A DNA stretch of 64,000 bases from Octopus sinensis (Eukaryota), in assembly GCF_006345805.1 (NCBI RefSeq), contig NC_042999.1:56668001-56732000 (forward strand), given 5' to 3'. The position numbers and the translations under genes were made by a program. The first letter of the stretch is position 1. Each line of letters begins with the position of its first letter. The notes below the pieces were generated by a model. The model ran no database searches and was not told the DNA's origin. It saw only the letters and a program-made list of their open reading frames with translations. Of the stretch, positions 25,601-37,830 are shown piece after piece.

Positions 25601-26879
25601 TCAGGTCATCCCTTAAGTGCTGTCCGATTTTACCTTTTTTAAAATTGAATGAAATTTAATCGTATTTTAGAATGTCTAATGGAATTTAAAATTATTTTTA
25701 TGCATTTGTGTACATTTAAACTAATTAAATATGATTTTACAGAATAATAAAATTAAAATTTCTTTGATTAAAACCCTTTCTAACATAGAAGTATCCAAAG
25801 AGCATTTAAGGCACATAATGCTTTGAGTACAAAAATGGAAACTCTGCAGCCGAAGCGACTCGAAACATACACTCAGTTTATGGGAAAGAATGCTTGAATG
25901 AATGATCATGCAGAAGATGGTTTGCAAAATTCAAAAGTGGAGATTTCAGCCTTGAAGATGAAGATCGAACAGGACGTCCAGTTGAGTTTGATGATAAGCT
26001 CCTTGAGGCATTACTTGAAGAAAATCCTGCACCATTAGTTGAAGAATTGGCAATAAAGCTTAGTTCAAACCATACAACTGTTCATCTTCATCTTCAACAA
26101 CTTGGAAGGGTTCCAAAACTTGGAAAATGGGTGCATCATGAATTGTCCGAAAGTAACCGCAAATCCCGAGTTGACATCTGCTCTTCTCTCCATTCTCGCG
26201 AACTCATTTTACCCTTTTGGATAGACTTGTAACTGGTGACGAAAAATGGATCTTCTATCGAAATGTTAAACGTCGTAAACAGTGGCTTAGTAAAAGGGTA
26301 AAAGCTCAACCACCACCAAGAAGAGAACTCATGGAAAAAAGGTTCTCCTTTCTATCTGGTGGGAATGCAAAGGAGTAATTCACTTTGAGTTGTTACCACC
26401 TAATACAACAATCAATGCTCAAGTCAACTGTCAGCAATTTGAGCGTTTGAACCAAGCTTTGAAGAAAAAAAGACCCGCTTAAGTGAATTGAAAAGGAGTG
26501 ATGTTTCATCGGGACAATGCGCAATCTCACAGTGCAAAGATCACATCACAGAAGATCGAAGAGCTTGGTTGGGAAAAATTTCTCATCCACCTTATTCTCC
26601 CGACCTTGCGCCTTCAGACTACCATTTGTTTTGTAGTCTACAGAATCATTTTGGGGACATAACCTTCGCAAGCCAGGAGGAGGTCGAAACTGAAATTTGA
26701 GAGTTCTTCGCTTTGAAACCAAGAGTTTTACATTGATGGGATTAAAAAGTTTGTAAATAGATGGAAGGAAGTCATAGATAATCAGGGAAATACATTGATG
26801 ATTAAATTTCAATTAAATATGACATTTGATCACTTGTTTTCTTTATTCAAAATTCGGACAGAACTTATGGGATGACCTG

Positions 26880-26880
<1 letters not shown>
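25601..26880 (+). mobile_element. Full-length mariner (D,D34D) transposon, decayed transposase
   Basis: 1280 bp; roughly 30-bp TIRs TCAGGTCATCCC.TAAGT.CTGTCCGA; TA on both flanks; motifs RRWFAKF, WVHHEL, TGDEKW, HRDNA, HPPYSPDLAPSDY; several stops and frameshifts. Confidence 0.95.
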
Positions 26881-26910
<30 letters not shown>

Positions 26911-26933
26911 TGTATGTATGTATGTATGTATGC

Positions 26934-27057
26934 ATAGGCGTGGCTGTGTGGTAAGAATCTTCTTTCCCAACCACATGGTTCTGGGTTCAGTCTCACCTTG
27001 GGCAAGTGTTTTCTATCATAGCCCGAGCCGACCAAAACCTTGTTAGTGGATTTGGTA

Positions 27058-27060
<3 letters not shown>
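26934..27060 (+). mobile_element. SINE family A, head (followed by TG microsatellite); further 3' fragments at 28355-28562 and 33053-33140
   Basis: GGCGTGGCTGTGTGGTAAG...GGTTCAGTC...CCTTGGGCAAGTG...GGATTTGGTAGAC. Confidence 0.8.
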
Positions 27061-27125
<65 letters not shown>

Positions 27126-27455
27126 CGTGTGTGTGTACGTATATATATATATATATACGTGTGTACATGTGTGTGTGCATGTATGTGTGCATATGCGTAT
27201 GATACCAAATGATACACAGAATGAATAAACACACAAACTTATGAATATATACACAAACTTGTGTATAAACATATACACAAATTTATAAATATACAATCCA
27301 ATGAATGCAGAACAGTATGTAAAAATAAAAGAAAAACATATGAAACTCCGCAACCCGGCGCACACATATATGCAAATACGAACCACTAAGTGCGCACTTT
27401 AAATATGCATTGAATATGCATAATGCAGATATGGTTATGTGTGTGTATGCACATA

Positions 27456-27820
27456 TCTCTCTATATATAAACGGCAAAATGTCTGTGTGTGTGTCCTTAT
27501 TATAAATCTACAATTTTTCAGTTAGAGGGCTCGCACTTTCTATGGTCATTCAAAACCGTCCAAGGGTGGTCGTGCACATCTTTACATATCCCCAGTCACC
27601 CCGCAAAGCCATTAAAAAATCAATAGAAGTTACTCTTTTGTGAATTTTTCTATCCAAAACCCAATTAAAATGCCCGAAACTTGATACGCCAATTGAATGC
27701 CAGCTAGCTGTATGTGATTGGTCGGAGATTTGGACAGTACTCGCGTGTATGTGCGCACGCATGCAGCTGTATATGCATGCACTAGCAGCATGACCCGGCG
27801 TTGCCGGGTCATAGTGCTAG
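27456..27820 (+). mobile_element. Non-autonomous Helitron (head type H2)
   Basis: A|TC 5' end, subterminal hairpin, CTAG|T 3' end. Confidence 0.8.
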
Positions 27821-28186
27821 TTTATTTATAAAATTCAAACCCAAAGTTAATATTTATAAAATTCAGACTTAATACAATGTAGGTAGGGGGCTGTTCCTCT
27901 TTAAGATGCATAGTTATTTGTTTATTCCAAAATCTCGTGCGATCTCACGTGATTTTATTGTGTTTTTATCCAAGACTGAGTTGAACATCAACGTTCATTG
28001 TGACGGACTTGAATAACTGTTGAGAGCTCTCTCTCCCAACATGTAACCAATGGTAGTTTCGTTATCTCACGAATAAAGAATATTTATTCACCCACCAATG
28101 CGGTGTTCAGCACTCATCTTCGTCGTTCGATATGTAAGTGTGGGGGTGTGTGCGTGCGTGTGTGAGTGAGTGGTGTGCGTACGTGC

Positions 28187-28218
<32 letters not shown>

Positions 28219-28670
28219 TTGTGTCTGTGCGCGCGCATGTGTGTGTGTGTGTGTGTGTGTGGTGTTTGCGTGCGTGTCTGCTTGCCTCTATGTATGTGTG
28301 AGTGTGGTATGTGTGTGTGTGCCTGTGTGCGTGTGCATGTATGTATTTGTTTCTTTGTATCTGCGTTTGTCCCCCACCATCGTTTGACAACCGGTATTGG
28401 TGTGTTCACATTCCTGTAACTAAGCCGTTCGACAAAAAATCGATAAAATAAGTACCTTTCTAAAAAAAAAAGTAAGTACTAGGGTCAATTAGGTCGACTA
28501 AAAATTCTTCAAGGCGGTACCCCAGCATGGCCGCAGTCTAATGACTGAAGCGAGTAAAAGATAAATAATATGTGTGTGCGTGTATGTGTATGTGTATGTG
28601 TGTACGCATATATATTATATATAAACACACACATAAACATACATGTATCTTTCAATTTCTTTATATATCA

Positions 28671-28715
<45 letters not shown>

Positions 28716-29045
28716 GTATGTGTGTGTGTGTTTATACATATGTAGAGAGATATGAACACAGTCACACACAAATACACAAAGATGTGAGCGTTATATTCGT
28801 TGGTTTTGTCTAAGAATACGTGACGAAGATAATCTATTGAATACTTATTTCGTCGTTTCGTAAAAATGATGTCTAATGCTTACCATACACATATGGAAAA
28901 TAATAATACTAGCTTAAATATTAATGTCGTAAGAAGACTGGTGTCAAACAAACAACTAGTCGGACGTTCATCAGAAATGTCAGTAACTTATTTCTATGGA
29001 AGACTATAATAGTTTATTTCAGAAGACGCCCAATAACGTCTAGAT

Positions 29046-30840
29046 CAGTGTTTCCCAACCTTTTTTCCCGGCGCCCCACTTTTTCATAGCAAAAGTTTTT
29101 ACGCCCCACCTTTTCCCATGTCCACTCACATTTACAAGTACATGTGGGCCTACTTACAATTGAAAAAAAATCTAAAATTAAAAAATTGTATTCAAAATAC
29201 AAAAAAATAGTTTGAGAATTGAAACAACAGGCACTGAAAGTGCATAACACCCAATAAATCGATAAAATTATTACGATTTCTCATGTTTTTAAAAAATGTC
29301 AATTTATAAAGAATAAAGAAACACGTTTTTTCAGTTCAATTATTTGACGGTCAGCTCGACTAATTTAGTGAGAACCCTGTGCCTGATGCATACAGCACAA
29401 GTTTTTAATTTGAGGAGACAACTTTGTTAATTTCAGTCGTAAATCGCCACGTTTTGTAATCTCAAGCCGGTTTCTCTTGGCTTCGAGCAAATTATCAACT
29501 GCACTAAAACCACATTCGACCAAATAAGACGAAGGGAAAGGAATCAGTAGCTCTCTCGCTGATGTAGAAATTTTAGGATATTTTCTTTCAACCTCGTCAT
29601 ATAGCCACATCTTTGTACCTTTCAATTTAAACAAAGTCTTCACTGATTCATCATGTTGTAATTCTGATAACTCTTCTTGGTATTGGATTGTAGCATCAGA
29701 AACGTTAATCAGAAGCGGTTGAGTTAACCAAGAAGGAAAATTCATTGCCTTTAAATCGCAAAATCTGTCATTGAAATCCTTTATCAAGATATTTAAATGA
29801 TCAATAATTACAATGCCAGCATCATTCGTTATTTCACATTTACTCAACCAGTAAAGTTCACTGAAATTTCTTTTGGAAAATTTCTTTTTCCATAATTCGA
29901 GAGCTGTAATAAATCCAAAAATCTTTGCTTTTGCATCAATAAGTGTCATGTTTGCACCTTGAAGTTGTTTATTCAAGTTTCCAAGTTTCTCAAATATGTC
30001 TGTCAAATAACTGACAAATGCTTTTCCATCCGTTGTTGACAGCAATTTCATTTCACATTTATCACTAAGAAAGTCGTTAATCTGATCAAATAATTCCATG
30101 AACCTCTTTAAGCAGTTTCCACTTGATAGCCATCTTACTTCTGTATCAAGCAATAATCGAACATGTTCGGCACTTTGATTTATACAAAACTGCTTAAAAA
30201 GACGTTCAGATTTAGAATTTCTTTTAATGCTGTTGACACACTTGATCACACTTTGAAGAATCTTGTTAAGAACAGGGGACAATTTCTTGGCAACCAAGTT
30301 TTCTCGGTGTATTACACAATGGACAGTCAACATGTTTGGATTTTCATCCTTCATCATTTTTAAGCATCCCGTATTCTTGCCCATCATGGCAGGTGCACCG
30401 TCTGCCGCACATGCCAGTAAGTTTTCCTTTGGTATTTTGTTTGCATCCAAATAATGTTTGATTTTGATGCAAATATCATTTGCAGTTGTGGTGGTTTCAA
30501 ACGATTCGCAGAACAGCATCTCTTCCTGAAACTCCTCGTGGTCAATATACCTCACATAAGTCAATAACAGAGCCTCACTGTCCCGGATTGTGGATTCGTC
30601 CATTTGTAATGAAAACTTACGCAATTTTAATTTCTCAATGAGCTGGCTTTCAACATCTTGTCCCATTTCATCTATTCTGTTCGAGACAGTGTTATTACTG
30701 AGTGGCATAGTCCTGATATCTCCATCATCTTTTTGTAATACAGTTTTTAAGAATATTGAGATAGCAGGTTTAGTCAGTTGCTCTCCAATAGTGTGATTCT
30801 TTCCATGTTTTGCTATAAGCAAGGATATTTCGTAGCTGGC
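29046..30840 (-). mobile_element. hAT (Buster-type) transposon lacking its 5' end
   Basis: One TIR CAGTGTTTCCCAACC at 29046, flanked by GTCTAGAT; the transposase is on the minus strand. Confidence 0.92.
29365..30822 (-). CDS. hAT/Buster transposase catalytic core and dimerisation domain (N-terminal BED region missing)
   Basis: Uninterrupted 485 codons: SLQMDES, ADGAPAM, HCVIH, EVRWLS, SYLVECGFS, QAQGSH*. Confidence 0.9.
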   Translation of the reverse strand: MLIAKHGKNHTIGEQLTKPAISIFLKTVLQKDDGDIRTMPLSNNTVSNRIDEMGQDVESQLIEKLKLRKFSLQMDESTIRDSEALLLTYVRYIDHEEFQEEMLFCESFETTTTANDICIKIKHYLDANKIPKENLLACAADGAPAMMGKNTGCLKMMKDENPNMLTVHCVIHRENLVAKKLSPVLNKILQSVIKCVNSIKRNSKSERLFKQFCINQSAEHVRLLLDTEVRWLSSGNCLKRFMELFDQINDFLSDKCEMKLLSTTDGKAFVSYLTDIFEKLGNLNKQLQGANMTLIDAKAKIFGFITALELWKKKFSKRNFSELYWLSKCEITNDAGIVIIDHLNILIKDFNDRFCDLKAMNFPSWLTQPLLINVSDATIQYQEELSELQHDESVKTLFKLKGTKMWLYDEVERKYPKISTSARELLIPFPSSYLVECGFSAVDNLLEAKRNRLEITKRGDLRLKLTKLSPQIKNLCCMHQAQGSH

Positions 30841-31014
30841 TCTAGATGAAGAAAAAACTAGACTCTAGATGAAGAAAAAACATTTATACAACAATTCACA
30901 GACAATCGAAAATCAAAAATATCGGCAATGCATCAAGATTTCCTCCCCTTATCACCCCGCCCAACCACTTACACATATTCATATATACAGACATAGTTAT
31001 AGTTATATAAATGT

Positions 31015-31072
<58 letters not shown>

Positions 31073-31073
31073 G

Positions 31074-31137
<64 letters not shown>

Positions 31138-31311
31138 TACATGAAAACAAATAAAATAACAACATGTGTACAGACATTTTAATGTGTGTGCGTGTGTGTG
31201 TATGTGTGTGTGTGTACATACATACATACACACATGCACACACATACATACATACATACATACATACATACATACATAACATACATACATACATACATAC
31301 ATACATACATA

Positions 31312-31655
31312 CAATGTTAGCATTGCAAAGCTGAAGATCAGTGAAAAAGGGAATACCTACGCTGAACTATTGAGAAATCTGCAGTTACTCTATCCAGATT
31401 ACAAGTTCAGGTTTATACCCGTAATTATTGGGGCCCTGGGATATGTGACACTGCATAACTATCAATCTTAAGAAATTTGGCTTCTCAAAACCAAAAAGGA
31501 GAAAGCTAATTCAAAGACTATAAATCCAATCCTTCATTGGAACTGTAAAGCTTTCCAGACGTCTATCATTTAAATATATATGAGCATGTCTAGATATGCA
31601 ACTATATGCATGAGAATACATAGATAAAACAAAACATACAAATCTACATACATAC
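31312..31655 (+). mobile_element. RLE-type non-LTR 3' fragment with (TACA)n tail
   Basis: KLKISEKGNTYAELLRNL..YKFRFIPVIIGALG (RLE C-terminus). Its 3' UTR recurs in reverse at 10237-10335. Confidence 0.7.
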
Positions 31656-31704
31656 ATACATACATACATACATACATACATACATACATACATACATACA
31701 TACA

Positions 31705-32180
31705 TACCCTTTTGTTGATGTTGAAATTCTAATGAATCTGGGTTAGAAACCGGCTCTTTCTCTATTGAAAAGAAATCTTGAAAAAAAAAATGAATAATGG
31801 CATACAAGCACATGTTAATTGTTGTTTGTATGGCTATTATGGCAATTCTTTTCACAAACTGGATCTCGAAGCACTGATAAAGCTCTTTCAAAGGTTGCTT
31901 TGGCACATTTTTCTAAACCAAATTTCATATTTATTTCTTTGGTAAATCCATGTACTGTCCGTAGTAGTGTTTCCAGCTGTTTATCATTTGTAGCGTATAG
32001 TTTTAGGTCATCCATATATAAGAGGTGGTTGATTGTTTTGCTGTAACATTTGTATCCGCATCCAGTTCTCTTTAGCATGTCAAATAAAGGTGTCAGTGCC
32101 AAGCAGAAAAGGAGTGGAGAGAGCGTGTCTCCCTGGAATATTCCTCTTCTAATAGGGATGGCTTTGGTTTTTATGAGTCC
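31705..32180 (-). mobile_element. R4-type RT fragment joined to a (TATG)n-tailed 3' UTR (internal deletion)
   Basis: RRGIFQGDTLSPLLF, INHLLYMDDLKLY, FGLEKCAKAT. Confidence 0.85.
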
Positions 32181-32202
32181 TATTATTGTTGTTGTTGTTG
32201 TT

Positions 32203-32385
32203 AAGGCGGCGAGCTGGCAGAACCGTTAGCACGCTGGACGAAATGCTTAGCGGTATTTCACTCGTTGCTACGTTCTGAGTTCAAATTCTGCCGATGTTAT
32301 CCTTTCGAGGTTGATAAATTAAATCCTGATGTGTAGTGGGGTTGATGTAATCGACATTTCAGACCTTGTGCCTAGAGTAGAAAGG
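32203..32385 (+). mobile_element. SINE family E
   Basis: AAGGCGGCGAGCTGGCAGAACCGTTAGCAC...GAGTTCAAATTC head. Confidence 0.8.
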
Positions 32386-32412
32386 ATTATTATTATTATT
32401 ATTATTATTATT

Positions 32413-32948
32413 ATTGAGTGAGAGAGCAGTGCATGCCATCAAAGTGACACTGGGGTAAAATATACAAAGCCCAATATACCCATCATGACTACCCGTCTGA
32501 TAAGGGTACACCAGGCACATGCATCACAACCATATGTGCGCGACATGGTGATCTCATATCAAGATAAACAGCACATGACCTTGCAGGTGGGGCTCAGTTA
32601 GAATTTTCTTCAGGTTGAGTAGCCCATCCCGCTCAAAAGGTCCTTGAATAAGGGTTGTTTAAGGATGTTGAAAGAACCACCCATGTTTCCAGAGGTGAAT
32701 TATTCAAACCCAAAGAATCCCTCTCAATACATGGCTATGATGCTCCCCCACTACTTCTGCTCGTGATCAGAGATGCACATATCGTCAGCCACTAAGGGAC
32801 ATGCTCAACTGGTTAAGGTCAAACAACTGACAAGCAAATCTGTGGTATTGAGCAGAATATCTGCTGTAGCCCATCTTTTATACCAAGACAAAACAATGTA
32901 CATGATAACACTTCCAATCAGTTAAGAATAACACTTCCAATCAGTTAA
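32413..32948 (-). mobile_element. Second copy of the about 550-bp (AAT)n-tailed element
   Basis: Reverse complement of 6090-6606; 23-bp tandem duplication at its 5' truncation; (TTA)n on both flanks. Confidence 0.8.
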
Positions 32949-32949
32949 G

Positions 32950-32996
<47 letters not shown>

Positions 32997-33004
32997 TATT
33001 ATTA

Positions 33005-33055
33005 TTTTCCTTCTTTCTTCAAATTTTCTTCCCTTTCTCGCCGAGTGTCATCACT
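33005..33055 (-). mobile_element. Extremely 5'-truncated R4/Dong 3' tail
   Basis: Matches 38350-38395 (TTTTCCTTCTTTCTTCAAA...TCTCGCCGAG), abutting (TTA)n. Confidence 0.75.
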
Positions 33056-33391
33056 TGACAACTGATGTTGGTGTGTTTACGTCCCCGTAACTTAGCGGTT
33101 CGGCAGAAGAAACCGATAGAATAAGTACTAGGCATAAGTACTTGGAGATTTTAGGTATAATTATACAAATGTGTCCATCTGTTCTAATTTAATTAAGTTC
33201 TATGTCTTTGTGCCGCTGAAGATTGCTATACATTTTAAATTGATGTAATGCCTGCATTGTTGAATTAAATGGAGTTGCATGAAACGATCGTATTGCATTA
33301 CCTCTGGATATCTTTGTTGTTTATTTTGATTTTAATCACCTTAATACCGTACTAAATTCTGGTGCCTCAACTTAAGTACCATATTCATCTG

Positions 33392-33500
<109 letters not shown>

Positions 33501-33732
33501 TCCCCCTCTTGGTGTCTTTGTTCCTCTTTTTCTCTCTCTCTTTGATTCCTTTGCCCCTTTTTTCTCTCTCTTCTCTTCTCACGTGACCGCCGGTCAACTA
33601 TAGCCTTTCGGCTTCTGAGCACTGCCACGACAACATAGATTTCTTCGTCTGCCGTAAGGCATTATTTTTCAAATACGTCAGCTAAGCTAAGTTGAACTGT
33701 CTAAAGTCGAAAGATGCCTGTTGTTTTTGTCC

Positions 33733-33796
<64 letters not shown>

Positions 33797-34117
33797 ATTA
33801 TTATTATTATTGTTTTTTGTATTTACATTCGTATTACCTTTTGTTTTTTGCATTTATATTCGTGTGGCATCGTCCGTTTTTCTGTCCTTGTTTCGTATAC
33901 ATTCGATCTTTTTCCCAAGAAATCTAATGCTCGTAGCTTAGTTTTTCCTTGGGGCTGGCCGGATCGGAGCGATCTCAAGATTAATCAGCCGAAATTGCGA
34001 GGATGATCCGGTTCTTGGCTGAATATTAGAGGCTTCGAATGACCCGTCCGTTTTTTGTGCGGTCTATTTGAATGTTTTGCATTCTTGTCCCATTTTGTAT
34101 TTATATATATATTTTTT

Positions 34118-34261
<144 letters not shown>

Positions 34262-34874
34262 AGAGTATTGTAGTTCGCTTGAAGTGTTGCGTATTGTTTC
34301 TAAACAATAATAATAAATCGTAATAATGTGCTTTGAATGGCACAACAATGCACTATAATAACTGGTGTAATCTAATCATCCATAGTCTGATATATTTCTG
34401 AATATAAAAATTCCTTCTTCAGATATCCTTAGGTACCAAAACTAAATTTGAGATTTATGGAGGATCAAAGTTGGGAACTATCTCTCTCTTCTATCTTTTC
34501 CCTTGTCAAAGAAACTATTTTTCCAGCGTTCGCTATTTTACGCTCATTCTGGTCTAACGACCCCCCCCCCCCATATTTGTTTTCATTCGGTTTCCCTGTG
34601 TGTCTCCACTGTCCTGTTTTTGTTCCCAACTTTGTCCCGCCATAAATCCCAAATTTAACTTTGATACTTATGGGAGCAACTGTCTTCGAAGACTCATATT
34701 GTCGTTCAGTGCTCGAAATGAGGATTTAAATAGACAGCCGACAACTTATGAAGGGTCGTTCTTTATGCTACTTGTCCTGTTTTCCATTTGTTTTTCCCAA
34801 TGTTCGTGTATTGTACTTATTTGTTTTCGTATTTCATGTTGTTTACTGTTGGTGACGTCCTGTACCCATATATG

Positions 34875-34911
<37 letters not shown>

Positions 34912-35010
34912 ATAAATATATATTATTTATATTATTATTTGATTGAACGCCACGCATCCATTTCCAAGTAAGTGTATATAATAATGATGATGATGAGAAT
35001 AATAATAATA

Positions 35011-35080
<70 letters not shown>

Positions 35081-35253
35081 TAATTCTTTTATTGGCCACA
35101 AGGGCTGACAAAAATTAATTATAACATAAAGGGACAAAACAGGACGAAAGGTTACAAAGGGTTTTGTCTGTTTGTAAAAATCCGTGTAAAAACAGTGTAA
35201 CAACGAAAAATTATAACAACAAAAAACACCCAATAGGGGGAGGCGTTACAGTG

Positions 35254-35765
35254 TTGTATACGGTGCTCAGGTGCACTACGACTAAAAAAAAAGGTCATCA
35301 GGTCTACTGTTGGCGGATTTCAGGGAGCATGGAAATTTTGAAGGATGTAGTGTCTCGACAGCTCACAACTGATGCACGTAGTTTATTCCATGCTTCAGCA
35401 ATTGTGAGCGTGAAAACATGTTTCCGAAAGTCGCGGGTGCTGTGTTGTTGTTTTTAGGTTATTTTTTTAATTATTATTTTATAAGCATGTCCGCGAGTGT
35501 TTGTCATATGGAATTCAAAAAGGTGCCCAAGGTTGCTGTTGGAAAGATGGTGGATAATCTTGTGGGTGTCTACCAAGTCAGTTACCAGACCTCTGAGCTT
35601 CAGTGTATCCATGTTTAGAGTATGGTGCGTGTCTGAGACGGCGGGTATTCGTTTGGTTACACGTTTCTGAACAGTTTCCAGGAGATTTATATGCTGATCA
35701 AGAAAGGGGTTCCAGACTGGTGATGCAAATTCCGAGTATAGACGTATCACTGTCGCATACAATTT
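35254..35765 (-). mobile_element. CR1-clade LINE 3' fragment, with the L1/Tx1-like tail (35086-35253) abutting its 3' end
   Basis: EFASPVWNP...LETVQKRVTKRIP...NTRGHAYK; homologous to 7933-8500. Confidence 0.85.
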
Positions 35766-35844
35766 TATATATATGTTGGATCGCTAGCTCCTACACGCAT
35801 TTTTTTTTCTCTCCTTGTTTCTCTCCTTGTTTCTTTTCTGTGTA

Positions 35845-35882
35845 TCTTTCTGTCGAAGAGCGCAGGCTCGAAACGTAAAAGA
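35845..35882 (+). ncRNA. Hammerhead ribozyme motif (A6 changed to T) in a Penelope-like repeat at about 35795-35985
   Basis: Stem I TCTTT/AAAGA; core CTGTCGA plus A; stem II GAGC-GCAG-GCTC; GAAAC-GTA. Confidence 0.65.
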
Positions 35883-36058
35883 CTTGTTTTATTTCTATTC
35901 CTGAGCGCCATACTAATTCAATTGTTTGTTTGTACTCCACCTGCCTTCGTCTTTTGTTTATTTTCGTAAACCTTCCCGTTATTTATATATATATATATAT
36001 ATTGTATTATATCATATTTTATTATATTGTATTATATTAATTATATTATATATTATAT

Positions 36059-36385
36059 AGGCGCAGGAGTGGCTGTGTGGTAAGTAGCTTGCTTACCAAC
36101 CACATGATCATGGGTTCAGTCCCACTGTATGGCACCTTGGGCAAGTGTCTTCTACTATAGCCTCGGGTCGACCAAAGCCTTGTGAGTGGATTTGGTAGAC
36201 GGAAACTGGAAGAAGCCCGTCGTGTGTGTGTGTATGTTTGTGGGTCTGTGTTTGTCCCTCCCAACATCGCTTGACAACCGATGCTGGTGTGTAACTAAGC
36301 GGTTCGGCAAAAGAGACCGATTAGGCTTACAAAGAATAAACTCTGGGGTCGATTTGTTTGACTAATTGGAACAAGTAAAAGAAAG
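36059..36385 (+). mobile_element. SINE family A, near full length
   Basis: Head GGCGCAGGAGTGGCTGTGTGGTAAG, internal microsatellite, GACTGAAACAAGTAAAAGA-like tail. Confidence 0.88.
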
Positions 36386-36971
36386 AAAGAAAGAAAGAAT
36401 ATGCAATTTTGAATGTACGTGTTTTGTCCATAATATTCAGAAATACCAAGACTGTTTATTTTCTTTTTCGTCTCTAATAAAGACAATCACAGATACGATC
36501 TCTTGATACAGAAAATGAAATGAGAAACCGAAAAATCGAAATTAAAAGATCTACATTCGCTGTTTTGTTAGTTTTTGGTATTTGATCCATGGTTAATGGA
36601 ACAGGATTATTGATAGGGAATGATCACTGATACTGTCAATTTGCCTGTCTGTCTATCTGTCTATCTGTCTCTCTTTCTCTTTTCCTTCATTCCATCTCTC
36701 TCTCCCTTTCTATCCCTTACACACACACACATATGTTTGTATGTGTATAAATAGTTCACTGATGTCTTGGCTGGCCATAACTTCGAAATCACTATCAATA
36801 CTATTCTAGCTAAAGAATTATCGTCTTTACTCTACCGCAAGTATTGAGTAATCTTTCACTTTAATGTAGAATTGCTTTTATTGGAACTTAATGTAAAATG
36901 AAACATTAACATACATACGTACACACACACACACACATACACACATACATACATACATATATATATATAAA

Positions 36972-37294
36972 GGAGCACTCCGACGATTATGACGACGAGG
37001 AGGGTCCCAGTTGATACGATCAACGGAACAGCTCGTGAAATTAACGCAGAAGTGGCTGAGCACACCACAGACACGTGTTCCCTTAACGTAGTTCCCAGGG
37101 AGATTCAGCGTGACACAGAGCGTGACAAGGCTGGCCCTTTGAAATACAGGTACTACTCATTTTTCCAGCTGAGTGGACTGTAGCAACGTGAAATAAAGTG
37201 TCTTGCTCAAGGTCACAACACGTCGCTGGGAATTGAACTCACAACTTTATGATCATGAGCCGAATGCCCTAACCACTAACCCACGCACCTTCAC
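36972..37294 (-). mobile_element. tRNA-derived SINE (family C); further copies at 51140-51425 and 63421-63733, and a partial copy at about 54010-54130
   Basis: Head GTGAAGG.GCGTGG.TTAGTGG, central TTGAGCAAGACACTTTATTTCAC, tail shared with family B. Confidence 0.88.
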
Positions 37295-37295
37295 T

Positions 37296-37327
<32 letters not shown>

Positions 37328-37693
37328 AAAGTAAGATAGGGGTTATGGGTGTAACCCACTATGGGATAGCATTTATCCAATATACTGTTGGTAAAGTACC
37401 CAGATTCTTAATACATAAATGTTTTTAATTGCAATGCAATAAACTCATTTATTGTATTAAACGGGTGAAGGTAAAGAAATATTTTTACCGTAAATTTATA
37501 ATACAAATAAGAAAATGGAGAAACAAATTTAGTTTGTTCATCAACTTTCGGATATTATAATGTTGGATTATTTATTCATATAACAAAATGAGAACCTTAA
37601 TAGCATACATATATATCTTATAATTCAATACATATAAGATAAGAATACAAATTATAAAAGTCATAATATAAATTATTGAAATCATTAAATCAA

Positions 37694-37830
37694 TTCTTAC
37701 AGCTGTTTCAGCCTATGGCTAAAAGTAGTTAATTTTATTTTTATTGCCTATAGGTGTCAACATACTGAGGTTGTAGGCATTTAAAAGTAGGGTACTTATA
37801 TATATATAACCATAGGCCTCGTCAGAGGTT
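37694..37830 (-). ncRNA. Type I hammerhead ribozyme motif with a long stem II insertion
   Basis: Minus strand: CTGACGA (37819-37825); stem II GGCCTATGGTTA pairing with TAGCCATAGGCT (12 bp including two G-U) around a roughly 85-nt AT-rich loop; GAAA; palindromic ACAGCTGT; GTA cleavage triplet. Stem I is only 2 bp. Confidence 0.65.

Noticed and set aside
25780-26800. SETMAR-like host gene
   Set aside because: It is bounded by TIRs and TA, has multiple stops and frameshifts, and has no SET domain.
29365-30822. Domesticated ZBED/SCAND3-like host gene
   Set aside because: A TIR and target-site flank are retained and the N-terminus is missing, which fits a truncated transposon.
33945-33995. Stem GGCTG...CAGCC followed by GAAA
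   Set aside because: There is no CTGANGA core upstream and no convincing stem III.
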